A stretch of DNA of 64,000 nucleotides from Planctomycetota bacterium (GTDB lineage: Bacteria > Planctomycetota > UBA1135 > UBA2386): positions 2,144,001 through 2,208,000 of the forward strand of contig JBKAGP010000001.1 of the NCBI GenBank assembly GCA_046290465.1, read 5' to 3'. The position numbers and the translations under genes were made by a program. The notes beneath the pieces were generated by a model. That model saw only the letters and a program-made list of their open reading frames with translations, ran no database searches and had not been told where the DNA came from. Below are positions 1 through 9,517 of this stretch, one piece after another (the stretch's first letter is position 1; every line of letters begins with the position of its first letter).

Positions 1-2808
1 CTCCTGCGAGAAGGTCTCGAAGCGCTGCTGCCACTCGCTCTTGTCGGCGACGACGCGGGCGACCTGCACGGCGGTGACCTTGTACTCGGGGCAGTTGGTC
101 GCCCAGTCGCTGTTCTCGGTGGTGACGACGTTGGCGCCGCTCTCCGGATGGTGGAACGTCGTGTAGACGACGCCGGGCTGCATGCGGTCGCTGACGATCG
201 CGCGCATCGTGGTCTCGCCCTTTCGACTCTGCATCGACACCAGGTCGCCGTGCTCGATGCCGCGGGTCTCGGCGTCGTGCGCGTGGATCTCGAGCACGTC
301 CTCGTCGTGCCACTCCTGGTTGTGCGTGCGCCGCGTCTGCGCGCCGACGTTGTATTGGCTCAGGATGCGGCCGGTGGTCAGGATCAGCGGGAACTTCTTG
401 TTGGTGCGCTCCGGCGTCGCCAGGAACTCCGTCAGGAAGAACTTGCCCTTGCCGCGCACGAACTCCTTCTCGTGCATGTAGGGCGTGCCCTCGGGCGCCT
501 TGTCGTTGCACGGCCACTGGATGCTGCCGTGCTTGTCGAGCTTGCCGTAGCTGACGCCGGTGAACGTCGGGGTCAGCGCCGCGATCTCGTCCATGATCTG
601 GCTCGGGTGGTCGTAGCGCATCTCGAAGCCGAGCGCCTCGGCGAAGCGCACGGTGACCTCCCAGTCGGCCAGACCCGCCAGCGGCGGCATCACCTTGCGC
701 ACGCGGCTGATGCGCCGCTCGGCGTTGGTGAACGTGCCGTCTTTCTCCAAGAACGAGCTGCCCGGAAAGATCACGTGCGCGTACTTGGCGGTCTCGTTCA
801 AGAAGATGTCCTGCACGATCAGGCACTCGAGCGATTCCAGCGCCTGCTGCACGTGCTGCGTGTCCGGGTCGGACTGCGCGATGTCCTCGCCCTGCACGTA
901 CATCGCCTTGAACGAACCGTCGACCGCGGCATCGAACATGTTGGGGATGCGCAGGCCCGGCTCGGGCTGAATCTCGACCCCCCACCTGGCTTCGAACAGC
1001 GCGCGCACGTCCGGGTCCGACACGTGGCGGTAGCCCGGCAGTTCGTGCGGGAAGCTGCCCATGTCGCACGAGCCCTGCACGTTGTTCTGGCCGCGCAGCG
1101 GGTTCACGCCGACGCCGGGGCGGCCGATGTTGCCGGTGACCATCGCGAGGTTGGCGATGGTCATCACGCCGGTCGAGCCCTGGTGGTGCTCGGTGACGCC
1201 GAGGCCGTAGTAGATCGCGCCGTTGCGCGCCTTGGCGAACAGGCGCGCCGCACCGCGGATCTGCTCCGGCGGCACGCCGGTGTGCTCCTCGAGCGCCTCG
1301 GGCGAGTTGCGCTGGTCGCCGACGAAGGCCTTCCACTTCTGGTAGGCCTCCGGCTCGCAGCGCTCGGCGATGTAGTCCTTGGCCTCGAGGCCCTCGGTCA
1401 CGACCACGTGCGCGATCGCGTTCATCACCGCGACGTTGGCGCCGGGGCGCAGCTGCAGGTGGTAGTCGGCCTCGACGTGCGGCGTGCGCACCAGGTCGAT
1501 GCGGCGGGGGTCGATGACGATCAGGCCGGCACCTTCGCGCAGGCGCTGCTTCATGCGCGACGCGAACACCGGGTGGCCGTCGGTCGGGTTGGCGCCGATG
1601 ACGATCACGCAGTCGGTGTGCTCGACGCTGTCGAAGTCCTGCGTGCCGGCCGACTCGCCCAGCGTCGACTTGAGGCCGTAACCGGTCGGCGAGTGGCAGA
1701 CGCGCGCGCAGGTGTCGACGTTGTTGTTGCCGAAGCCGCCGCGGATCAGCTTCTGCACCAGGAAGGTCTCCTCGTTGGTGCAGCGCGAGCTGGTGATGCC
1801 GCCGACCGAGCCCTTGCCGTACTTGGCCTGGATCCGCTGGATCTCGCTGGCGGCGTATTCGAACGCCTCCTCCCAGCTGACCTCGCGCCATGGATCCTGG
1901 ATCGACTTGCGGATCATCGGCTGCTTGACGCGATCCGGGTGCGTCGCGTAGCCCCACGCGAAGCGCCCCTTGACGCAGCTGTGGCCGTGGTTCGCCTTGC
2001 CGTCCTTGTGCGGCACCATGCGCACGACCTCGCTACCCTGCATCTCGGCGCGGAACGAGCAGCCGACGCCGCAGTAGGCGCAGGTCGTGGTCACGGCGTG
2101 GTCGGGCTGGCCGGCGTCGACGATCGACTTCTCCATCAGCGTCGACGTCGGGCAGGCCTGCACGCAGGCGCCGCACGACACGCACTCGGAGTTCATGAAG
2201 TCGGTCGGGCCCGACGCGATCTTGCTGTCGAAGCCGCGGCCCTCGACGGTCAGCGCGAACGTGCCCTGGATCTCGTCGCAGGCGCGCACGCAGCGCGAGC
2301 AGACGATGCACTTGGTCGGATCGAAGGTGAAGTACGGGTTCGACTCGTCCTTGTCCTGGACCAGGTGGTTCTCGCCCTGGTAGCCGTAGCGCACGTCGCG
2401 CAGGCCGACCGCGCCGGCCATGTCCTGCAGTTCGCAGTTGCCGTTGGCCGGACAGGTCAGGCAGTCGAGCGGGTGGTCGCTGATGTAGAGCTCCATCACA
2501 CCGCGGCGCAGGTCGGCGAGCTTCTTGCTCTGCGTCGTGACCTGCATGCCGTCCTCGCACGGCGTCGTGCACGACGCCGGCGTGCCGCGCCGACCGTCGA
2601 TCTCGACCAGGCACAAACGGCAGCTCCCGAACGACTCGAGCGAGTCCGTCGCACACAGCTTGGGAACGTTGACGCCGGCCTCGGTGGCGGCGCGCATCAC
2701 CGACGTGCCGGCGGGCACGCAGACGGGCTTGCCGTCGATGTGGACGGTGACGGTTTGCTCGGACTGCCGCTTGGGAGTCCCGTAGTCGACGACCTTGTTG
2801 GAGTACAT
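1..2808 (-). CDS. fdsA: NAD-dependent formate dehydrogenase alpha subunit (FdsA/FdhF-type molybdopterin protein); 3' end runs off the window
   Basis: Not in the ORF track; translated by hand from the ATG at 2808: MYSNKVVDYGTP...IDGKPVCVPAGTSVMRAA...KLCATDSLESFGSCRLCLVEIDG (2Fe-2S), HPLDCLTCPANGNCELQD, CIVCSRCVRAC, CVSCGACVQACP, TTCAYCGVGC, CARVCHSPT, RGQNNVQG. Downstream of fdsG/fdsB. Confidence 0.95.
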   Translation of the reverse strand, partial: MYSNKVVDYGTPKRQSEQTVTVHIDGKPVCVPAGTSVMRAATEAGVNVPKLCATDSLESFGSCRLCLVEIDGRRGTPASCTTPCEDGMQVTTQSKKLADLRRGVMELYISDHPLDCLTCPANGNCELQDMAGAVGLRDVRYGYQGENHLVQDKDESNPYFTFDPTKCIVCSRCVRACDEIQGTFALTVEGRGFDSKIASGPTDFMNSECVSCGACVQACPTSTLMEKSIVDAGQPDHAVTTTCAYCGVGCSFRAEMQGSEVVRMVPHKDGKANHGHSCVKGRFAWGYATHPDRVKQPMIRKSIQDPWREVSWEEAFEYAASEIQRIQAKYGKGSVGGITSSRCTNEETFLVQKLIRGGFGNNNVDTCARVCHSPTGYGLKSTLGESAGTQDFDSVEHTDCVIVIGANPTDGHPVFASRMKQRLREGAGLIVIDPRRIDLVRTPHVEADYHLQLRPGANVAVMNAIAHVVVTEGLEAKDYIAERCEPEAYQKWKAFVGDQRNSPEALEEHTGVPPEQIRGAARLFAKARNGAIYYGLGVTEHHQGSTGVMTIANLAMVTGNIGRPGVGVNPLRGQNNVQGSCDMGSFPHELPGYRHVSDPDVRALFEARWGVEIQPEPGLRIPNMFDAAVDGSFKAMYVQGEDIAQSDPDTQHVQQALESLECLIVQDIFLNETAKYAHVIFPGSSFLEKDGTFTNAERRISRVRKVMPPLAGLADWEVTVRFAEALGFEMRYDHPSQIMDEIAALTPTFTGVSYGKLDKHGSIQWPCNDKAPEGTPYMHEKEFVRGKGKFFLTEFLATPERTNKKFPLILTTGRILSQYNVGAQTRRTHNQEWHDEDVLEIHAHDAETRGIEHGDLVSMQSRKGETTMRAIVSDRMQPGVVYTTFHHPESGANVVTTENSDWATNCPEYKVTAVQVARVVADKSEWQQRFETFSQE

Positions 2809-2881
2809 GGTGTGGGGTCCCGCGCCGCGCGCGGGCCTACCAGTGCATCCAGGTTGGCCATGCCCGTCAAGTCGCGACGGG

Positions 2882-5536
2882 TCAGTTCCCGACGCGGAGC
2901 GAGAGCAGGTTGCTCTGGGTGTATTGCGCCGGCGCCGCCGGGTCCGGAACGAACGCCTGCAGGTGGAACGTCCAGCCGGCCGTGCCGGGGAAGATCGGCA
3001 GCGTCGCGGTCGCCATCGCGGCGGCACGCCCCTGGCCGTTCTGCGTGATCGGCAGCGCGCCGACCAGCATCCAGTTGGGATCGAGGTAGAGCGTCAGCCC
3101 CGGCAGCGGCGCGTCGACCAGGAACGCGTCGCCGATCGAGATGCCGAGCAACGCGACGGTCGGACCGGGCACGCCGGTCAGGTGGATCGCGTGCGAGCCG
3201 CCGGCGCGGTACGGGCCGGTGCCGCCGAGCACCGGCGCGGCGCCGCCCTCGCCGACGACCGCGTCGTGGCGCTGGGTGCGGCGGCCGCCGTCGACGCGCG
3301 CCACCGTGCGGTTGCGGATCGCGTTGGTGCCGAGCAGGTCGACGTCGCCATCCCCGTCGAGATCGGCCGCGTAGCCGTCGCGGATCGCGAACCGCCGTTC
3401 GTGGTAGAGGTGCACGTTGGGGTCACTGCCGTCGCGCAGCAGCACCGCGTAGACGTTGGGCTGGCCGACCAGGCGCGACAGGCCGAAGTCGAGGTCGCCG
3501 TCGCCGTCGAAGTCGGCGCAGGTGACCTTGGGGCGTTCGGCGGTCGTCACGCCGTACGACAGCCACAGCGGCGTCGACGGCAGCACCTGCACGACGAACG
3601 CGAGCGCGCCGTTGGGCGGGGTCTGGTTGATCAGCAGCCGCAGCTTGCCGTCGGCGTGCGGGCACACCACGTCGTCGCGGCCGTCGCCGTTGACGTCCGT
3701 CACCAGCGACGCGCTCGGCTCGAACGGCAGCACCTGCGCAAACGTCTGGCTCCACCCCGGCACGAACGCCGCGCCCGGCTGGCCGGTGCCGAGCAGGATC
3801 TTCTGCTCGATGCCCGACGACATCGCGATGTCGGGCAGGCCGTCGCCGTCGAAGTCGCCCACTCCCTGCAGGTAGCCGGCCGGCAGCGGCTCGGGAGTCG
3901 TCGCGAAGGTGCCGCTCTGGTTCCAGAACAGTTCGCCGGTGTTGTGCACCGCGAGGTCCTCGTCGCCGTCGCCGTCGAAGTCGGCGACGAACCAGGTGTC
4001 GAGCGTGATCTGCGAGGCCGAACCGAGGAACACGCCCGCCTGGGCACACAGGCCGGCGTGCTCGAAGTGGCCGCCGCCATTGTTGCGATGCCAGACCATG
4101 CCGACGTCCTGGCCCGACTGCATGCGCACCCGGTCGCGCGCGCCGTCACCGTCGACGTCGCACCAGATCGGGTAGCCCGAGTAGTAGTTGTTGGCCGTCG
4201 CCAGCGGCTCGGTCGGTGCCGGAGCGAAGTTGCCGTCGCCGTCGTTGACGACGTCGCGATAGTCCGGATCGCCGTCCCGGTCGACGTCGTGCAGGTCGCG
4301 CGGGCGGGCGAGCCCCCACGCGGACGCGCCAGCGGCCACGGGCATCGGCGCCTCGGCCCACGGGCCTTCGCCGTAGAAGATGCAGCGGCCGGCAACCAGT
4401 TCGAGGTCGCCGTCGCCGTCGAGGTCGGCCGCGCCGGCCAGGCTCTCGGAGCCGGCACCGGGGAACTGCCACGCGGTCGCAAACGCGCCGGTGCCGTCGT
4501 TGGGTGCGATCTCGAACGTCGACGCGAAGTCGAGTTCGGGCCATTGGTAGTTGGGGCCGCCGCCACCGCCACCGCAGCAGACGCCGTCGAGGTCGCCGTC
4601 GCCGTCGACGTCCTGCAGGTATTCGGCGGGGCCGCCGACCGCCTGCGCCTCGGGCGAGAACGCCGCCGGGCCGACCCGCCGGAACACCTCGTACTTGGCC
4701 TGCTGCGAGCTCGTGTAGGCCGGCTTGAACACGACCAGGTCGTCGTCGCCGTCGCCGTCGACGTCGCCGCCGGTCCACAGCCACGGCGTCGGGCTGACCA
4801 GCGTCAGCGTGCTGAAGAACTGCTGCTGGTGCGCGAGCTGGCCGCCGACGACGTGGTAGGCGTTGGCCGCGGCGCTGGCGTGCTCGAACAGCAGCAGGTC
4901 GTCGCCGGGCTGGCCGTCGAGGTCCTGCACCAGCAGGCGCACGGCCGACTGCGCCGACTGCGGCGCGGCCACCACCGTGCTGGTCCACGCGCCCGTTGCG
5001 AAGAACACGTAGAGCTGGTCGACCCCGTTGCTCGGCGCCGCCACCGCCAGGTCGACCAGGCCGTCGGCGTCGAAGTCGCCGGCGGCGGCTGCGCGGCTGC
5101 CGGGCTGCGCGCCGACCAGCCACAGCGGCTGCACCGTGAACTGCAGGTTGGGCTGCGCGAGGTAGCGGTCGACGCGGTCGCGCATCGCTACGGCGAAGTC
5201 GTCGAGCCCGTCGCCGTTGAAGTCGGCGACCACCACCGCCAGGCTGCGGGTGCCGTAGGCCTGGCCGGCTCCCTGGAACGTCGACGTGACCAGCACCGGC
5301 GTCAGCACACCGCCGTCGTTGCGCCAGACGTAGACCTGCCCGCTGGTGCCACTCTGGTGCTGCCGCGTGCCGACCACGTCGAGGTCGCCGTCCCCGTCGA
5401 AGTCACCGAGCTTCTGGAACGGCGCCGAGTCGACCGGCAGCACCACGCGCGGCGCGTGGAAGAGCGACTCCGACTCCTGGGCAGGTGCGGTGGACGCGAC
5501 GACGAGACAAGCGAGGGCGGTGGCGCGGACGTTCAT
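2882..5536 (-). CDS. Secreted FG-GAP/VCBS-repeat protein with C-terminal ~125-aa beta-rich domain
   Basis: Signal peptide MNVRATALACLVVASTAPA|Q; more than 10 D(F/L/V)DGDGDxD repeats; AGGAG upstream of the ATG at 5536. Confidence 0.88.
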   Translation of the reverse strand: MNVRATALACLVVASTAPAQESESLFHAPRVVLPVDSAPFQKLGDFDGDGDLDVVGTRQHQSGTSGQVYVWRNDGGVLTPVLVTSTFQGAGQAYGTRSLAVVVADFNGDGLDDFAVAMRDRVDRYLAQPNLQFTVQPLWLVGAQPGSRAAAAGDFDADGLVDLAVAAPSNGVDQLYVFFATGAWTSTVVAAPQSAQSAVRLLVQDLDGQPGDDLLLFEHASAAANAYHVVGGQLAHQQQFFSTLTLVSPTPWLWTGGDVDGDGDDDLVVFKPAYTSSQQAKYEVFRRVGPAAFSPEAQAVGGPAEYLQDVDGDGDLDGVCCGGGGGGPNYQWPELDFASTFEIAPNDGTGAFATAWQFPGAGSESLAGAADLDGDGDLELVAGRCIFYGEGPWAEAPMPVAAGASAWGLARPRDLHDVDRDGDPDYRDVVNDGDGNFAPAPTEPLATANNYYSGYPIWCDVDGDGARDRVRMQSGQDVGMVWHRNNGGGHFEHAGLCAQAGVFLGSASQITLDTWFVADFDGDGDEDLAVHNTGELFWNQSGTFATTPEPLPAGYLQGVGDFDGDGLPDIAMSSGIEQKILLGTGQPGAAFVPGWSQTFAQVLPFEPSASLVTDVNGDGRDDVVCPHADGKLRLLINQTPPNGALAFVVQVLPSTPLWLSYGVTTAERPKVTCADFDGDGDLDFGLSRLVGQPNVYAVLLRDGSDPNVHLYHERRFAIRDGYAADLDGDGDVDLLGTNAIRNRTVARVDGGRRTQRHDAVVGEGGAAPVLGGTGPYRAGGSHAIHLTGVPGPTVALLGISIGDAFLVDAPLPGLTLYLDPNWMLVGALPITQNGQGRAAAMATATLPIFPGTAGWTFHLQAFVPDPAAPAQYTQSNLLSLRVGN

Positions 5537-5740
5537 GGACAGACTCCTCCGGGACGAGATCGTAGCGCCCCGCCCGTGCAACTGCCGGACCACATCGCTC
5601 CCCCCGCAGAAACCCCAGAACCCGAGCACCGACCGCCGGCCCGCCGACAGCCGCCATCGGCCACCCGTTACCCAGCCCCACCCCCGAGGCCGCAAGCCCG
5701 ATTCCGCAAGTCCGGTTCCGGAACCAGACTCGCGGACCGG

Positions 5741-7270
5741 TCAGGCGAAGTCCTGGGGCCAGTGGTCGATCGCGCTGAGCACGGGGAGCGGGGTCAGGCC
5801 GCCCATGGCGCAGAGCGACGCGCTCGTCATCGTGCTGCAGAGGTCACGCAGCAGCTGTTCCTGCTTTGTGCGGTCGTCGCCGGCGGTCAGGCGGTCGAGG
5901 ACCTCGACGCCGCGGGTGCTGCCGATGCGGCACGGGGTGCACTTGCCGCACGACTCGATCGCGCAGAACTCCATCGCGTAGCGCGCCAGCTTGCTCATGT
6001 CGGCCGTATCGTCGAAGACCACGATGCCGCCGTGGCCGAGCAGGCCACCGGCACCGGCCAGCGCCTCGTAGTCGGCCGGCGTGTCGAACTTGCTCTCGGG
6101 CAGGTAGGCGCCGAGCGGGCCGCCGACCTGGATCGCCTTGATCGGACGACCGCTCGCCGAGCCACCGCCGAACTCGTAGAGCAGTTCGCGGATGGTCACG
6201 CCGAACGGCACCTCGACCAGCCCGCCCTGCTTGATGTTGCCGGCCAGCTGGAACGGCAGCGTGCCCTTGCTGCGACCGACCCCGTGGGCCGCGTAGGCCG
6301 CACCGCCGTGGTCGAGGATCCACGGGACCGCCGCCAGCGTCATCACGTTGTTGACGACCGTCGGCTTGCCCCACAGCCCCTCGAGCGCCGGCAGCGGCGG
6401 CTTGGCGCGCACGATGCCGCGCTTGCCCTCGAGGCTCTCGAGCATCGCGGTCTCCTCGCCGCACACGTAGCTGCCGGCACCGAGGCGAACGTGCAGCTCG
6501 AACGCCTTGCCACTGCCGAACACGTCGCCGCCGAGCATGCCGGCCGCGCGCGCCCGTTCGATCGCGGTCGTCAGCACGACGCGCGCGTCCGGATACTCGC
6601 TGCGCAGGTAGACGTAGCCCTCGGTCGCGCCGACCGCCAGGCCGGCGATCACCATGCCCTCGATCAGCAGGTAGGGATCGCCCTCCATGATCATGCGATC
6701 GGAGAACGTGCCGCTGTCGCCCTCGTCGGCGTTGCAGGCGATGTACTTCTGGTCGGCTTCGGCGCCGTGCACCGTCTGCCACTTGATGCCCGCCGGGAAG
6801 CCCGCGCCACCGCGGCCGCGCAGACCCGAGTCGACCACCTGCTGCACGATCGCCGCGCCGTCCATCGCCAGCGCCTTCTTCAGCCCGCGGGTGCCGCCGT
6901 GCTCGACGTAGGCGTCGTAGTCGAGCGGGTCGGTGATGCCGACGCGCTCGAACGTCAACCGCGTCTGCTTCTGCATCCACGGCAGCTCGTCGGTCCTGCC
7001 CAGCGCCAGCGCGTGGGAGCCGCCGCTCGCGAACGACGCGTCGAACAGGCCCGGCACGTCGGCCGCGGTGACCGGCCCGTAGGCAACCCGGCCGGCATCG
7101 GTGGCGACCTCGACCAGCGTCTCGAGCCACAGCATGCCGCGGGAGCCGTTGCGAACCAGCTGCACGTCGACGCCGCGGCTGCCCGCCTCGCGCACGATCG
7201 CGTCGGCGACCTCGTCGGCGCCCAGCGACAACGCCGCGCTGTCGCGCGGCACGAACACCTGGACGCTCAC
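5741..7270 (-). CDS. fdsB: Formate dehydrogenase beta subunit (NuoF-like, FMN/NADH-binding, 4Fe-4S)
   Basis: GLRGRGGAGFPAGIKW, CNADEGDSGTFSDR, GAGSYVCGEETA, ESCGKCTPCRIG. GTG start overlaps the fdsG stop (GTGA). Confidence 0.95.
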   Translation of the reverse strand: MSVQVFVPRDSAALSLGADEVADAIVREAGSRGVDVQLVRNGSRGMLWLETLVEVATDAGRVAYGPVTAADVPGLFDASFASGGSHALALGRTDELPWMQKQTRLTFERVGITDPLDYDAYVEHGGTRGLKKALAMDGAAIVQQVVDSGLRGRGGAGFPAGIKWQTVHGAEADQKYIACNADEGDSGTFSDRMIMEGDPYLLIEGMVIAGLAVGATEGYVYLRSEYPDARVVLTTAIERARAAGMLGGDVFGSGKAFELHVRLGAGSYVCGEETAMLESLEGKRGIVRAKPPLPALEGLWGKPTVVNNVMTLAAVPWILDHGGAAYAAHGVGRSKGTLPFQLAGNIKQGGLVEVPFGVTIRELLYEFGGGSASGRPIKAIQVGGPLGAYLPESKFDTPADYEALAGAGGLLGHGGIVVFDDTADMSKLARYAMEFCAIESCGKCTPCRIGSTRGVEVLDRLTAGDDRTKQEQLLRDLCSTMTSASLCAMGGLTPLPVLSAIDHWPQDFA

Positions 7271-7770
7271 CGGCCCGTCTCCTTCGCCTGCTGCAGCAAC
7301 GCGTCGAGGCGGGCGACCGAGACGCGGCCGTGCACCTTGTCGTCGATCATCACCGCCGGCGACAGCGCGCAGTTGCCGAGGCAGTAGACCGGCTCGACCG
7401 TGACCGCGCCGTCGGCAGTGGTCTCGCCCATCGCGACGCCGTGCCGTTCGAGCAGGTGGTCCTCGAGCTGCTCGCACCCCATCGCCTGGCACGACTCGGC
7501 GCGACAGACCTTGAGCACGTGGCGGCCCGGCTTGCTGGTGCGGAAGTCGTGGTAGTAGGTCAGCACACCGTGCACGTCGGCGCGCGACAGGTTCAGCGCG
7601 TCGGCGATCCGCTGGATCGCCTCGTGCGGCACGAAGCCGAGCTCTTCCTGGATCGCGTGCAGCATCGGCAGGCACGCGCCGCGCATGGTGGCGAGGCGGG
7701 AGATCGCCGCGTCGACCGCGGCGAGTTGTTCGGGCGTGGCAGGCTCGGCTGCCGAAGAGCTGGATTGCAT
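7267..7770 (-). CDS. fdsG: Formate dehydrogenase gamma subunit (NuoE-like 2Fe-2S)
   Basis: LHAIQEELGFVP, NLSRADVHGVLTYYHDF, VCRAESCQAMG, VYCLGNCALSP. Confidence 0.93.
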   Translation of the reverse strand: MQSSSSAAEPATPEQLAAVDAAISRLATMRGACLPMLHAIQEELGFVPHEAIQRIADALNLSRADVHGVLTYYHDFRTSKPGRHVLKVCRAESCQAMGCEQLEDHLLERHGVAMGETTADGAVTVEPVYCLGNCALSPAVMIDDKVHGRVSVARLDALLQQAKETGR

Positions 7771-7858
7771 GCGAGGGTCTGGAGGAACGTCGCGAAGTTT
7801 GTAGCAGAAACCGGCTATTGCACGCCACGGCCGGCCGGGCTTCCGCCATGCTGCGTAG

Positions 7859-8656
7859 ATGGACGCGCGGGCGCAACGCAAGGCACGCAAGGAGGCGGTC
7901 GACAAGATGTCCGCCGACCGGGAAGCCCGCGGTCGCAACAAGAAGCACGTCTCCGCGTTCCGCAAGTTCCGCCGCAAGGTCGGCGCTGCGCTGATCGAAT
8001 CGCTGGCGCCGCTGGTGCTGCGGGCGATCGCGCGCACCTGGCGGGTCGAGCGCACCGGCGAATCCGGCCAGGAGCTGATGAAGAGCGACCGGCCGTGGAT
8101 CTGCACGATGTGGCACGGGCGCATGCTGACGATGATGCCGATCCGGCTGCACTGCCGACGCGGGCTGTCGGTGCTGGTGTCCCCGAGCGACGACGGCGGC
8201 CTCGCCAAGCGGGCGCTCGACAAGTTCGGCTACCGGGTCGTGCGCGGCTCGCTGAGCAAGCGCGGCGCCCGCGCGATGCGCGAGATGCACGAGGTGCTCG
8301 AGCAGGGCGGCCAGCTGGTGATCACGCCGGACGGACCGCGCGGCCCGCGCCACAGCATCAACAGCGGCGCCGCGTGGCTGGCGCGCGCGACCGGCGCGCC
8401 GATCCTGCCGTGCTCGGTCGCGATGAGCCGGGCGTGGCGGTTCAACAGCTGGGACCGCATGACCATCCCCAAGCCGTTTGCGCGGGTGGTCGTGCACTAC
8501 GGCGACCCGGTGCACGTCGACCAGGGCTGCACCGACGAGCAGCTCGAGGAGCTGTCGGCGAAGCTGCGCGACGGCATGATCCGCGCCGAACAGGACGCGT
8601 TCGCGCAGCTCGAGGTCGGCTGCGACCTCGGCGAGCACGCCCGCCAGCAGGCGTGA
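7859..8656 (+). CDS. DUF374 / lysophospholipid acyltransferase family protein
   Basis: WHGR, LVSPSDDG, VVRGS..RGARA, ITPDGPRGPR, SWDR..IPKPF motifs. Confidence 0.85.
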   Translation: MDARAQRKARKEAVDKMSADREARGRNKKHVSAFRKFRRKVGAALIESLAPLVLRAIARTWRVERTGESGQELMKSDRPWICTMWHGRMLTMMPIRLHCRRGLSVLVSPSDDGGLAKRALDKFGYRVVRGSLSKRGARAMREMHEVLEQGGQLVITPDGPRGPRHSINSGAAWLARATGAPILPCSVAMSRAWRFNSWDRMTIPKPFARVVVHYGDPVHVDQGCTDEQLEELSAKLRDGMIRAEQDAFAQLEVGCDLGEHARQQA

Positions 8657-8868
8657 GTCGCGGGTCGGCCCGAGAGTCGGTCCGACGCGGCCGAAACCGG
8701 CCCTGAGGGGCTCCGCAGGGCATTCCGCGAGGGCACTTCGCGCGGGCACTTCGCGCGGCCCGGAACGAACGCGACCCGAACACTCCAGGGGAGCATCCGG
8801 GTCGTCGGCGAGCCAGCTGACCGAGGGGCGCGGAGGCATCCGCTCCCCCACCGGCTCGTAGGTGGTGC

Positions 8869-8947
8869 GTCCCTGGGACTGCGAGGTCCGGGACCAGATG
8901 TCCAGGACTGCAGGTCGGGACGAGAGGTCCTGGACTAGAGGTCCTGG
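8869..8947. repeat. Degenerate ~14-bp tandem repeat (about 6 units, GTCCNGGAC-like palindromic core) overlapping the histone gene stop codon
   Basis: Minus strand: ccaggacctcTAGt / ccaggacctctcgt / cccgacctgcagt / cctggacatctggt / cccggacctcgcagt / cccagggacgc. Confidence 0.65.
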
Positions 8948-9159
8948 GGACGGAGCGTCTTGCGACCGTTGGCCATCGCGCGGCTCTCGGCCTCGGCGAT
9001 CTTCTGACGGACGGCCTTGTCGAGAGCACCGTAGAACTCCGACGAGACGTTCGACTTCTTGACCGCGGCCTTGGTGCGCGACTTCGAGATGATCAGCTCC
9101 ACCGGGCCGGCGGCGCGGGCCTTCGAGGCCTTCTTCTTGGTCTTCTTCTTGGCAGCCAT
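8935..9159 (-). CDS. Bacterial histone-fold protein (short-alpha3 type) with Lys-rich N-terminal tail
   Basis: 74 aa; core ELIISKSRTKAAVKKSNVSSEFYGALDKAVRQKIAEAESRAMANGRKTLRPQDL ends in the histone-fold RKTxxxxD signature; tail MAAKKKTKKKASKARAAG. Confidence 0.85.
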   Translation of the reverse strand: MAAKKKTKKKASKARAAGPVELIISKSRTKAAVKKSNVSSEFYGALDKAVRQKIAEAESRAMANGRKTLRPQDL

Positions 9160-9330
9160 TGGATTCTCTGCTGTTAGAGGTTCTTCGTTCGCCCGGCCAC
9201 GACACAGTTGTCGTGCCCCCCGCGAACGGCGCGCAGTTTGACCGGGTCGCGAGATCTGTCAACAACAAAAACTGGACGGAAACCCCACCTGCGCGCCCGT
9301 TCTCGGCATTTGCGAACCGACACGGCTGCG

Positions 9331-9347
9331 CTGGCACAGCATTCGCT
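9331..9347 (+). promoter_or_regulatory. Candidate sigma54 (-24/-12) promoter upstream of the AsmA-like gene
   Basis: CTGGCACAGCATTCGCT: GG-N10-GC spacing and TGGCAC match the sigma54 consensus; about 170 bp upstream of the ATG at 9518. Confidence 0.4.
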
Positions 9348-9517
9348 GACACGGCGCGCCGCCGCCAAACGGCCGAATTCGAGGGGCTAGCAGGGGTTTC
9401 GCGGCGGTTCTGCCAAACCCCTCCGAAACGGCGTTAAACGGCCGAATTCAAGGGTTTCGGGATCCGTGCAGTCGGTGTGCGCGGGAACGGTTCGCATCGG
9501 ATAGAGTGCGCAGCCGC

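Noticed and set aside
148..7387. Very long plus-strand ORFs (966 aa and 1530 aa)
   Set aside because: Antisense shadows of fdsA, the FG-GAP gene and fdsB, typical of high-GC DNA; no motifs.
8869..8947. Palindromic repeat units as a possible mini-CRISPR
   Set aside because: Units are about 14 bp with no unique spacers, and no cas genes are present; no CRISPR array was seen anywhere in the window.
5741..9352. 1203-aa ORF suggesting a giant FdsB fusion
   Set aside because: Only the last 509 aa are FdsB; the upstream part overlaps fdsG in another frame and the DUF374 gene on the opposite strand.
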